Shown here: positions 10,722 to 21,881 of the stretch, one piece after another
How positions within the stretch are numbered: the first letter of the stretch is position 1
How the letters are laid out: the number at the start of each line of letters is the position of its first letter
From: Piedraia hortae CBS 480.64
Lineage: Eukaryota
Length of the DNA: 64,000 nucleotides
Assembly: GCA_010093745.1 (NCBI GenBank)
Contig: MU005978.1
Location: 186,001 to 250,000 of the forward strand
Direction of reading: 5' to 3'
Position numbers and translations under genes: made by a program
The notes under the pieces: model-generated
The model's database searches: none
What the model saw: the letters and a program-made list of their open reading frames with translations, nothing else
Told to the model about the DNA's origin: nothing

Positions 10722-12473
10722 ATGGCCGTTATGCTTAAAATAAAAGGTTCCTCAGACGGCGACGGTATACATTGTTACATACAATACCTTCTAGAGCTAA
10801 TCACAGTAGTTGCAACTCATCCCTCCGATGCGACAGCCAGCCCAAGATGATGGCTGGAACACCTTGCGACGCTGAACAGGGCGCCAGAACTCGGCCTTAA
10901 CAAGCACAAACACGGTTACACGTTGGACCGTATGCCGCCGGCGAGAAGATAGGGAAGGACAAATCCACTGGGTACCTATGCACGAGACATCTCCCGTGGG
11001 GACACCCTTGTGGCCGCCCTTTTCAGGGTACGGATGTTTTCAGGCCACAATAATAATGGGTCACGAATGGCTTGAAAGGTAGCTGTGAGTGTCAATTGGG
11101 TGTCAAACCCCTGAATATTGCATCCCATGCAGAAAACATCCCAAATAATCCAGAGAGATACGCGCAGGGATGGAAGCCGAACTACAATATTTGGAAGCGT
11201 CTGGGGATCGCAGCATCCACTCTGGTCAATAAAGGGAAAGAAGGGCAGCTGCTCATGACGACACGAGCGGGGGATGCGAACCCCAAAATGGCGAAACAAA
11301 TGATGGAAATGGCAGAAGTAAGCCAGGTGTTGAGATAATCACAATCAAGCCTTTTTCGGACGGCGACGGTATGCATTCATGCATCGAAACGACAAGCGGA
11401 GAGAGTTCCCTTGCTAACAAATTTGCACAGAACGCAAGCGTCCCATGGTGCATCTGGTACCCAATAATAAGTGGTGGCTCGAACGACTCGCCGTCGGAAA
11501 ACTGGCTCCAGAGCTCGGCTTGCATGAAACGTACGAGCGCTACAAACTCGAGCGATTACCTGCAGGTTATCAAGGTTTTACAAGAATAAAACTTCCTCTT
11601 GACAGGACCGTGTACAAGACGTATCACCTTCTCTGGGGACACACTTCGGGCAGTCCATTTGAAGGGTTGGAGTCCTGAACTCACCAGCAATGGCTCATAA
11701 AGGGAATGAAGGATGTCCGTTATTGTAGGCTCTGCAGTCATGTGAGAGGGATCAAACGTGACCATGCAGCAGCGTTTGCTGACGGAGATGTCCCTGGAGC
11801 CAAGAACGGTCACGGTCTAGATGACAGCGGTGGAACCCTGCTCCAAGTCACATCCTGTTCTGAGGAAGACAGTACGTTTTCCATAAGAAGAGCATGAATC
11901 TGGTGCTGACCATGACCCACAGGTAACAAGTACCCAGAAAACAAATTCACCGTGGCCTCCCCGAACCCATCAACAACACAAATGCGAACGTTTGCCCAAA
12001 GGCTATTCTTCATTTGAAACTGGTCATCACCTGACGAAAGTTCGTCGCTCTATCTACGGACATACGAGCGGGAAAAGGTTCGACAGCCTCGAATCATTCT
12101 GGCCCATTTTAGATGGCTAATTGACGGTATGGCCGGTAAATGTAAATGCAAGCTGTGCCCTCTACCAAACAAAAACGGAAATATTAAATTTGTCGAAAGT
12201 GTACAAACATCCAGCCACATGGAAAAGGGTAATCGGAACCCCGGAAGTAACGTCGCTAACACGACCAAAGAATCGTCACACCCTCAGAAATCTTCTGAAG
12301 ATGAGGAGGACACAGATGAGAATGCAGACGACGAGTCCGGACGAACACGAAGTCCGGAAGCACACCCTGTGCCTGAAAATTCCATCAGATATTGTAACTT
12401 TGGGACGACGACGACGTGGAAGAATCCGAAATTGAAGAGGAAAAGGAGTTTTTCGAAGTTAGCCTGGGAGTGA
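10722..12473 (+). pseudogene. Disrupted gene with three tandem Clr2-N-terminal-like (transcription-silencing) domains
   Basis: Each unit reads (S/A)DGD..., then [LM]PxxY or similar, [WY]GHxxGxxF, W, and a CxCxxC-like end. Examples: WGHPCGRPFQG..CECQL, WGHTSGSPFEG..YCRLC, YGHTSGKRFDS..CKCKLC. Internal stops and frameshifts are present. Confidence 0.65.
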
Positions 12474-12799
12474 CTGTTGATGGATCTTTACGAGAAGCCT
12501 TGTCTGACTTTCTCGAATTAAAAGACCTGGCGGGGAATGTGCAGGCTCTGAAGAGCTAGAGATTGGAGCTGCGAATCCAGATTGGCCCAAGAAATCTTCT
12601 TTTGCGAATCGAACGGATTTTTGCGCTTCGGTGCTTAATTAGCGGGTGAATTTGGTCACGACTTCCTCATCGTGCGATACACGACAGGGAAAGTAAATGC
12701 CAGAGGTACGTCACCTGCTCTTTTTCTACTACCCACAAAGTCTACACCTCACTTCCATACACCGGCTCGACAACTCTCACGTTGCAGGTCTCTTCAATG

Positions 12800-15350
12800 T
12801 CCTTGACAACCAGATCTACCGGTACCATGCTTGAAACATTCATAAAGGAGTTGCCGGCGAACCCCAATCCCACGATGCAGGCCGAGAGGCTTGAGCTTGA
12901 CGGCTCGCCAAGCAGACCAAGCTACCAGAATCTCCGGCCGATAGTAGCATTGGCTGGTTCCGCACTGATATGATACCCCAGCATAAGGCATGGCGGTTTA
13001 GAGGAGCGTCCGGAAGAATCAGAATCACGCTGTCCTCGTCGCTTCGCAGGTTTCGATAGCTCCCAACTGCATTGATCTGGCCGGTTGTCCACTTGGTGCT
13101 ATGGCCGTACTTTGCGACCAAGTAGCTTCTACTTGCGAGATCTTGGCCCATTTCGTGACCTCGCTGAACATGTTTATATTAACTGATCGGTCCAGACTCG
13201 GAACAGTCATGCTGGTCTGGAGAGACGGGTCTAGCTTCACCAGGCCCCAATTAAGAGCCTATGGTAGGCCAGTACCCATAAAGTCTCTCTCGACCTCGCT
13301 CTTGTCAAGATACATATCGTTCTTATCGTTGACATCGGACCACTGAGAGGTTTTGGTGGAGGAAAAAGCAGGGTTTTGACGGACCCCGCGAAAATTGTCC
13401 CAATGAGTTTTGCTCCTCATGGGCCTTGCTCCTCCGCATCGGCCAGTCGGCTTCGAATCTTGCCTTCCTTGAGCCGGAGAGCTTTCTGTTGGGAGGCTTG
13501 AATTGGCATTACAAATTCAGGGTCGATGGTGGCCTCTACTGCTGAAAGTTTCGTAGTTTCGTCCCTTAGGGCATGCTCCACAATCAGATTATGGTCTTCA
13601 TCTGATGGGCTGACTACGTTCGGTGCGCCGCTTGCAGGGAGATCGTGTCCGTGAGTTACTGGAGTGCTGGTACTCGCGTACACAGTCATGTGGAACAAAA
13701 CGTGATAGTTTGTGATTCCGAATTGTCCAAGGTCCTTTCCGGAGCTGTCCTCAGTGGAAGCCGCCTAGGGTGCCAAAATCCTTGCCGTCAACGCTGCGGC
13801 CAATTGAGGCACCCATACACAGCGGCCTGGCATCATCGATGCCGTCATTATCGTGGTCCTCTGCGGCTGCCTCCGCCTCCGCGCCCAGTAGGTCTACGTC
13901 CGCAAGGTTTGGGTCGTCAAAGTCGGACCCGTCATCTTGTCCGGCGGCAGTGCTTGTCCTGGCCGGGCTTCCGTCGCTGTCGGACCACTTATGCTTGCGG
14001 CCCAGCAGCTAGTTTGAAGACAAGGACCAGTCCGAGGCTGGCCGATTTGAGTCTGAGGCGGCCCCAGCAGACTCCTCCCCTTTCTCTCCCTCCCCTTTCT
14101 CTTCCTGCCCTTTCTCTTCCTCCCCTGACTTTTCCTCCTCGTCCTCGTCACCATCTTCTTCCTCGCCATCTTCCTCTTACTCCTCCTCCTCCTCCTCCTC
14201 CTCGTCCCCCGTCCTCTTCTCTTCTTCCAACTATAACTTCCTGGCGTCATGCTCGCCAAGTGGACAAGCTCAACTTTCAGCTTGGTTTGCTTATTCAAGA
14301 AAAGTCACCAGATCTGTGGAAATAGCGAGTCCCAGCACACAAGCTTGTAAGTGTGAGCAGCGTCTGTTACAATAGCTGCCGTAATGAAAAGATGCCTACT
14401 GGACGTCTCCACAGCAAGTCAACCGATGGGTGTCTATCATTGGAAACAGATCCCATTTTACATCCCTCACGCCTGCGTCACAGCATAGTCTGGTTTCATC
14501 TTCAGAATCATGGCATCCGTGATCCCGACACGGACGTTTGGCTGCCCTTCAGCTGGAACCTTTTATACCATTTCCTCCCAACTTCCAGTTGATCCATGCG
14601 ACCTTAGATCCCTGCCCAAGATCCATCTGCAGGGGGCGGATGCAGCTGCCATCTGCAAACTAAACGAAGCATGGTGTCCATGGCTTTAACTTCCTTGGTA
14701 CCACTCCTCCCAACCCCCAAATACGCCCATACGACCTTCGATCACATTTTAAGACCAAAAGCGCCCTTCCCTCGTCGGTGCAGTCGATGCAGTTTTTGTC
14801 TGCGAACTTGATGAGGAGCTCTAACTTCCTCGGCACCAAAACCTCACAAATTTGCAGTAGATTAGAATCGCACCATCTTCGTCTTCCCCTCCATCGCATC
14901 GACAGTGGTAAGCAGGAGGACCTCCCACTCTGCACTTCCCATCCTCCTCCATATCACAGTGATGTCTCCACTCCTCATCCAGAACATCACCCCAGCACCA
15001 GTCTCAGAAACCAAATCCTTGCTCTACACCCGTTTTGGGTTGACACCCGTCACGGCAGCTTATTGCACAGCAATACTGCAAGGTACGCTCTCGCATGCTA
15101 GCAAACACTCCGAGCTAGAATGGCACCGTTGGTCTAAATCCGCTGTAGACTCGTCAATCCTCTCCCCTCTCCCCTCATCACACAGCACAACCTCAAAACA
15201 AGTTTGCGCAAGACGAGAGGTGGGATTTTCAGAACCCAAAAATCCGTCACCAATATTCTTATGTGCGGGCGTCACGTGTTCTCGGCTCGAGCCGGCAAAC
15301 ACGCATACAAACGGTGCGATACCCCTCCCCATGGTTTTAGGTGGGGTGCT
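12800..15350 (-). pseudogene. Probable decayed protein-coding gene with an acidic tract (boundaries approximate)
   Basis: A minus frame at ~14230-13750 reads EEEEEEEE*EEDGEEEDGDEDEE..SSN*LLGRKHKWSDSDG..DDGSDFDDPNLADVDLL, protein-like but with stops. Fragmentary ORFs flank it. Confidence 0.4.
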
Positions 15351-16195
15351 GGATTCTCAGCAGCATGCTAGAACTACAGACGGTTATTGTTTGATGGTAT
15401 TGTGATTGGTTGTGGTTGGAGTGTTTGCAAGTGTTTGCTACAGGTGTTATAGGGTTGGAGTCGGTAGGTGGAGGGGCCCATGCGCCACGTTGGCGGTAAA
15501 TAGTCATTGGAACTAGACATCATTATAGGAAGATATCCCAGTCTCGTTTCCGCTGAGTTGATCTGAGAGTCATCTTTATACTAACAGGGGTATTCGACAC
15601 ACCCCGGTTGATTCGACGTCAGTTGCCGGACGGACACCGTTCTCCGCATCCAAGATAGAATCAGGATTATTTAGATCTTATGTCGAGTCATACATTACGT
15701 CCTGCGGATAACGGTCATGTATCTTCGTCGTGTCTGTTCCTTTTCCACCTACGGGTTAAAGGGTGAAAGACCAGATGCTTGACAATGGCTTGCTGCAAGT
15801 GGAGGCATAAACTTTCGTTTCGAACAATTTGTTCAGGGGTCCAATTCGCCAGATAACCCCGTTAAGATCCTGCCGTAAGAAAACACCCATCACGGTGAAG
15901 AACTGAATACCCCACGGAAATGAATGGAAACCAAAAGTTGACTGAGTCTATTATGTCGCTAGCGAAAGCAACAACTTGAGCGTAACGTATCCCCAACATA
16001 ATCCTAAACAGTCCTCCTACAAGCGCGCCACCCCTTGTATATCTTGTCTGTTGCACCCGTACACCCAAACCGAACAGCCCCACATCTTACACGCTTTAGA
16101 GGTATTTCTGAATACTATCATGACCCTCCGGGGGAGCAAACCCACTGAAAAAGAAAATGGAAGCAACATTCTCCTACCGTTATCAGTCCAAGTCG

Positions 16196-19100
16196 TCAGT
16201 GGACACTGCTAGGGACACTCACCCGGGTCTCTCCGGCCGCGGATTCTGTCATGGTTCTGGCATCAACAGTCTGATTCTTCATTAGACATGGACGCTTGTC
16301 TTCAGTCTCGTCGAACAATGAGGTCCAGTTCTCATTTGCCATGCTTGCTTCTCTCAGTCTGCGCATCTCGCGCTCCCTTTTCTGTCGGCCACTAGCCTTT
16401 TTAACCTTTTTGGTCTTGACAGTCCCATTGGATCCACTCTGGCCCTGAGTTACTGCTTGCATAGGTGCAGGAGGGGCAGCTGAGACCATCATAGGAACAG
16501 TGGACGGATCAGCGTTGGAGTTCATGGGTCCATCGGCCACCAAGGTATCCTCGGAATCTGCAACACTCCCTGCAGCCTCGGAAGATCCTGTAGGCGCTGG
16601 TGTTGGCTCTATCGGTTTGGCAGGCATGGCTGTCGACTCTCCAGTAGATGTCTGTGCGTCAGCATGTGGCATTGGCTGGGCTGCTGACTTTTTCTTCTTC
16701 TTTGCCGATTTTGTAGATTGTGCAGCACCAGTAACGTCAATATCGGCAGAGTCCTTGACGGTGTCTGTCTTGGCAGACTTGTCTTCCGTTTCTATGACAG
16801 AAGCACCAATGGGGCTTTCAGCCTTGGCGTCCTTGGTCTTGACGTCCCCAGCCTTGACATCATGATCAACAACACCAGCTTCGACTTCCTTGGCCTTGAC
16901 ATCGTCAGTCTTGGCGCCCTTGCCCTCGACATCTTTAGCCTTGGCATTGTCAGTCTTGACATTTTCCGTCTCGACATCTCTAGACTTGATGTCATCATGC
17001 TTGTCATCCTTAGGCTTGGCGACATTGGGCGCGTTGTCCATTTTCTTGTCACTCACTCCCTTGCCCTGCTCAGCCATTGCCTTGTCTTCCTTTACAGACT
17101 TGGAGCTCGTCTCATCCACGCCTTTGACGCTAGTCTGCTCTGCGTCCTTGAGCATCGTGTCTACGAGAGCACCGGCAACCTTTTCGGAGTCGTTGTTGTC
17201 TCTGCGATACTTCTCCTTCTTGCGCTTTCTGGAGAAGATAGGCTGGTGCGACTCGGTTTGCGCCGGCCCTTTTTCCTTTTCTTTTTGCTGGGCCTTTACG
17301 ATGTCCGATGTAGCGTCTTCTAGGTTCTCAGGAGGGAGCGCATCGGTTCGGGTCGCAGTATTTTCTATTTTTCCAGGTTCAAGATCGGATTTTGTGCGCG
17401 TAATCCCAATTGGGTTACTGGCCCCACTCGGCTTTTCTTCGGGCTCTGCAAGCCCACGACCAGAGGCTTGGCGCGCGGTGACAAAACTCTCATTGTCATC
17501 ATCATCCTTGGCCATGTCGTGCGCTTCGACAGTGTCCGTGGAAATGACTCTGCCTTTATCGGCATCGTCCGCGCCCTTGGCCATTTTTCCGGCAATCTCT
17601 TTGCTATCCTTTGCAACGGGCTGTACAGGTTCTCTAGTGCGCGGCAGCGCGACTTTGGGTGCATCTGAATCCTTTGCAACGCCTATTCCACGCGTAGCTG
17701 CAGGCCCTGTCGTATCTGATGAGGTAGCCTTAATCTGTTTGGCTTCGGCCATGGATGCTTGGTACTGGGAGTTCTTATCTCCGGGTACCTTATCCTTTGC
17801 AGCAGACTGCCCCTTTGCCGCTACAGTTCTGTCTGCACCCTTGGAAACTTTCGCAGCAGGCTGAACGTTCGTCGCGGCAGAAGAGTCTCTACCATTCGCT
17901 ACAGCGTTGGCAAAGGTTCGTTGTGTCGGTCGATCGGGTGCTTTCTCCGCTACCTCAGATTTGGTATCTTTGGAAGCAGGAGGATAGTCATTCGTAGGCC
18001 ATTGTGTATGGTCATTGCCCTGTGCTTTGGCCTTTCCGGAGTCCCAAGGCTTCGTGATATCCAACTTGTTGTCGCTTCCGTGCGAAGGAGCCTTCTTAAA
18101 CTTCCTCCACGAACCAGCATAATCCCAGGGCTTCGTAGGACCAGTGTGGTACTTATGCGGCACTTCAATTGCAAACTGGCGATTATGAGGCAGGGCGCTG
18201 TTTTCCTCCAGCAGGCGTTTGGCATACAAGTTGCTCCTCATTATGACTTGGTGAACCGTAAGCCGTTGCGACAGAGTGAGGAGAGAAACCTTTTCCACGC
18301 CGCTGAAAGTGTTTTGTAAAAGTGTGAGTGCCTCTGCAGAGGACAACCTCTTAGCCATCCTGAACAGAAACAATTCCACAGCTTCCGTAGCCCCCTCGCC
18401 AATGTACGTAGCGTCAACTCGATAATCAAGGTTGGCCGGCGATTGATCGCCTTTAGACTTGGGGGGATGGACAGTAGTAGCCCTAGACTCAGCACGAGCC
18501 TTGCCTTTGTCAATCGGCTGCGAATCCCTAGCCTTGGCTTCTGAGGGGCCAGTCCTAGTATATGCAACAGGAGCAGCAGGAGGCTGGGGCATTCCTCCAT
18601 TCACTGGGCTGGCAGTAAGGGAGGTGTCCTTTTTGCTGCCAGGTTGGATAGTCGAGCTCTTTCCCTGGGCAGCAATAGTCGGCTGAAAGGGACCCGCTTT
18701 GTCACTGGGCAGCGGAGTGACTTTACGAGACGGTGGATATTGATCTCCGCTGGGGATACGCACTTTGACAGTGTGGGAATCCTCCTCCGAGCTGCTCACG
18801 ATTGGCGGTGGCAAGCCGATGTCTGGTTTAGCAGGTTCCTGCTGTGTGTACGGAGGCGGTGCCTGCTGTGTGAGAGATTGTTCTTCATGTGCTGGAGCAG
18901 AATGTTTCTGTCGCTCAGGAGACGATTCCTTCAGTACAGAAGACGGTCCCTTTTGTGCTGCTGGAGGAGACGGTTGCTTTGAGCGATTGGCATTTTCCGT
19001 GGTGCTCCGCTTCTTCCTGTCGCCTTGACGATTCCTTGGCTTCTCCTGCTGATTGGAAGGAGCCCTAGTGTTCGTCTGAACCCACACGGGTTGTGGATCG

Positions 19101-20380
19101 GAAGGGGCGTAGACCTGAGGGTTGTATTCGTTGGGCTGCCAAGGAGCCTGTCCATAGTTTGGATACGACTGTCCGTACATCTGCCCGTACATTTGAGGGC
19201 CCGACTGCATATACGCCTGTCCTTGGAGTCCATACGTCTGTCCTTGAGGAGGTCCTTGAGGAGATACGTATTGTTGTCCATAAGGAAGTGTATAGTGCTG
19301 TGGATGAGGCGGTCCATGAGACGGTCCATGAGGTTGTCCATGAGGCGGTACATAGTGGCCATAAGACGGTACATGGCCTGGTTGACCAACATGTCCCCAG
19401 GTCTGCGGATAAGCTTGCGAATTTGCGTGCCCTTGAGGCTGAAAATTTGCATTCTGTATGACCTGCGGGTGGAACTGCCCAGAGGTATGTGAGCGAACCG
19501 GCCCAGCACCCTGCGAATGAGCCTGCCCGACTACCTGCGGATCAGTTTCATGGGTCTGTTGGGTAGACTGCTCAGAAATCGTTGGAAGATTAGGCGCGAC
19601 GGACTGCTCGATCTGGTGATGAGCCTGCGTTGACTGCACGCCGTCCTGGTCGCCGGCAGCAGGCTCGGTGGGATTGGCAGAATCGTTTTCTTCGGTCTGA
19701 GGGGCAGAAGTTGCGTTGTCAGGCTGGATTGTGCCAGGTTCTGGGCGCTGCTGAAGCGCTTCAGGGTCGGCAGGAGGCATCTGATACGGCTGTTCAGATA
19801 CCTGCGGAGGTGGAGTTTTCTGATGATTTATGGGCATCTGTAGCGGCGTCGGAAACCCCTTGTTATCAACCCCCATAGGTGAGATAGGGGCACAGGGGAT
19901 GCCGCTCATGGCCGCGTGGAACTGAATGTTGTATTGAATGTGGAAAATGACCCAGCGCAGCAGCTTCTCGCCGTACATGGCGACCTGCTTCTCGTGAAAA
20001 AAGGTCATGGGAGCTACATCTGAGCGCATAAGGTCCGGAATGTTAGCCGGATCAACCCAGATGTAAAAATTGTTCGAAAGCCACTCATTGGCAATGGCAG
20101 GGACACGTTGCTCAATGTTGTAGATGGCAATGGACCAGAGAACCTGTTTCAGGAAGCGGAAACCTTCGCCGTCGCCAAACGCGCCGCCTTGGGTGTGGAT
20201 AAACTCTTCGTCAAAAAACTTGCGAATGAAATCCTCTTCCTCGCGTCGCGATGCCTTCTGAGGCATGTCCCAGGGCAGCAGATCGCTAAACACGTGCGGC
20301 CGGGTTCTAAACAGGTAGTTGCAAACGGGCTTGACGGTGGAATAGCGGTCGCCGGAGACGATCATTGGAGGGAAAGTCAT
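16196..20380 (-). CDS. Large, mostly low-complexity hypothetical protein (~1390 aa). A 3' intron is possible near 16222
   Basis: Uninterrupted 4.2-kb ORF with first ATG at 20380 (MTFPPMIVSG). It has a folded-looking N-terminal ~150 aa, a P/Q/G/Y/H-rich block and K/D-rich repeats. A GTGAGT donor lies just before the stop. Confidence 0.75.
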   Translation of the reverse strand: MTFPPMIVSGDRYSTVKPVCNYLFRTRPHVFSDLLPWDMPQKASRREEEDFIRKFFDEEFIHTQGGAFGDGEGFRFLKQVLWSIAIYNIEQRVPAIANEWLSNNFYIWVDPANIPDLMRSDVAPMTFFHEKQVAMYGEKLLRWVIFHIQYNIQFHAAMSGIPCAPISPMGVDNKGFPTPLQMPINHQKTPPPQVSEQPYQMPPADPEALQQRPEPGTIQPDNATSAPQTEENDSANPTEPAAGDQDGVQSTQAHHQIEQSVAPNLPTISEQSTQQTHETDPQVVGQAHSQGAGPVRSHTSGQFHPQVIQNANFQPQGHANSQAYPQTWGHVGQPGHVPSYGHYVPPHGQPHGPSHGPPHPQHYTLPYGQQYVSPQGPPQGQTYGLQGQAYMQSGPQMYGQMYGQSYPNYGQAPWQPNEYNPQVYAPSDPQPVWVQTNTRAPSNQQEKPRNRQGDRKKRSTTENANRSKQPSPPAAQKGPSSVLKESSPERQKHSAPAHEEQSLTQQAPPPYTQQEPAKPDIGLPPPIVSSSEEDSHTVKVRIPSGDQYPPSRKVTPLPSDKAGPFQPTIAAQGKSSTIQPGSKKDTSLTASPVNGGMPQPPAAPVAYTRTGPSEAKARDSQPIDKGKARAESRATTVHPPKSKGDQSPANLDYRVDATYIGEGATEAVELFLFRMAKRLSSAEALTLLQNTFSGVEKVSLLTLSQRLTVHQVIMRSNLYAKRLLEENSALPHNRQFAIEVPHKYHTGPTKPWDYAGSWRKFKKAPSHGSDNKLDITKPWDSGKAKAQGNDHTQWPTNDYPPASKDTKSEVAEKAPDRPTQRTFANAVANGRDSSAATNVQPAAKVSKGADRTVAAKGQSAAKDKVPGDKNSQYQASMAEAKQIKATSSDTTGPAATRGIGVAKDSDAPKVALPRTREPVQPVAKDSKEIAGKMAKGADDADKGRVISTDTVEAHDMAKDDDDNESFVTARQASGRGLAEPEEKPSGASNPIGITRTKSDLEPGKIENTATRTDALPPENLEDATSDIVKAQQKEKEKGPAQTESHQPIFSRKRKKEKYRRDNNDSEKVAGALVDTMLKDAEQTSVKGVDETSSKSVKEDKAMAEQGKGVSDKKMDNAPNVAKPKDDKHDDIKSRDVETENVKTDNAKAKDVEGKGAKTDDVKAKEVEAGVVDHDVKAGDVKTKDAKAESPIGASVIETEDKSAKTDTVKDSADIDVTGAAQSTKSAKKKKKSAAQPMPHADAQTSTGESTAMPAKPIEPTPAPTGSSEAAGSVADSEDTLVADGPMNSNADPSTVPMMVSAAPPAPMQAVTQGQSGSNGTVKTKKVKKASGRQKREREMRRLREASMANENWTSLFDETEDKRPCLMKNQTVDARTMTESAAGETRVSVPSSVH

Positions 20381-21078
20381 GATTCCCGGGGTAGCGGTGG
20401 TAACAGTAAGAGTGGTGGGAGATGGGGAGAGCTTAGGTGAAGATGAAGAAGCGGTTGCGGTGTGTGAGAGTGTAGAGTGCAGTTGGAAGAGGGTTGTATG
20501 TGTCGTTATTCTGGCAGTCAAGCGTCACTATTGACTGTGATGGTGATGTGGACTGTGACGTAAATTTTGTTGTTGTGTGCTTAGGCCAACCTAGAAAGGA
20601 AGGTACGGCGTATCCGAGTTGGGAAGGAGCGACTGAGCCCCGGCACTAGCAGCGACACAAACGTCGTCTGCAAATGCTGAACTGAAGGCGATTTGGCAAA
20701 ACATGGATTTGATGCTGCAAAAGGCCGGATGAAAAAGCGCAACGTTGCGGCCTACAGTACAGATCTACAAAAGGTGTTTGCGGGCATCTGTGGCGCCTTG
20801 TTTCACGCTGCCTGGCAGACCGTTTGGAAGCTGACAGGTTGACATGAAGTCAGCTTTTTCTCAGTGTGGTTGTGCGTGCAAACACACGACGAACGCCGCG
20901 TGCCTCTGCGTTTGAAGAGGCACTAGAGGCGCGGTTGATGCGTCTGCCCGGGAACCCTGGTCGCCCTTTGCGCAAGCGGGTGGATACTCGCGCAAAATCA
21001 GTTTGATAGGCAATCCATGTGGCGATTGTTAATAGCGTCAAGTTTTAGTAGAGGCAGCTCTGTAACAGCTATTATTCC

Positions 21079-21659
21079 CTATTTATTGCCTGCCTGGCGG
21101 ACCAGCTTCAAGATTTCGCTCTCGTTGTCGCCAACAACTGCAGCGTAGTTAGTAGAATGATGTATGTATGTAGATGAACGTACCAGCACGGCCGTGGTTC
21201 CAGTCCACAGTCACTGGACGCTGGAATGCGGTTTGGCTGGAGCGAAACTTGTCCAGCGCATCGTCTTTGTCGGCCGCGCCCTTGATCACGCTTCCTGCAC
21301 TGTTCGATCCCAGATACTCCAGGATGGAGGAGAGCTGGGTGGAGGTTGGAGGCTCTTCTTGCACGTCTGTCCACGTTAGCTGTGAATGCCGCCGCCGAGA
21401 GCGGACGTACCGAGCTCAAACTCGTGGCGCTCAACGGGATGCTTGTGGTTAGGGTCGGTGGCCTGGTCCTCGGTGGCATGCGCAGCGGAGTTGGCTACGG
21501 CCTGCTTCAGGATGGTGTGCGCGCGCACCGAGGCCTGCGACGACGGCGAGTGGAAGAGGGTGATGACATCTTTGATGCCTCGCTATGTCTTTCAGAGAGA
21601 GAGCAGACCGCCACGCGATGGGGCCTTACCTCTTTGAACAGATTCTTGAAGGAATTCAT
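21079..21659 (-). CDS. FMP46: Fmp46 / DUF1687 thioredoxin-like putative redox protein. Introns 21583-21629, 21367-21410, 21138-21183
   Basis: Spliced: MNSFKNLFKE|RGIKDVITLFHSPSSQASVRAHTILKQ..HATEDQA..EFEL|DVQEEPPTSTQLSSILEYLG..FQRPVTVDWNHGRA|VVGDNESEILKLV. Confidence 0.82.
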
Positions 21660-21881
21660 TGTAATTGACTAGGTGGCGGAGGAGCAATGAGATTGAACAA
21701 TGAGATTAACTGCCGGGGTTCCGACTGCCAGTCAAGCTGGTTGCGTATACTCCGTGAAGCCCGTTCTATATAATCTATTGCGTGGACAGTTTTGAAACAG
21801 TTGTACAGTTCAACATGCTGTTCATATCATAGGTGTGGCATCCATGACGTCGTTCCACTCGTCCTCAACAACGCAGTCAAG

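Noticed and set aside
15587..15625. TTCGA-containing small hairpin as a tRNA T-arm
   Set aside because: No GTTC consensus, cloverleaf or A-box could be built.
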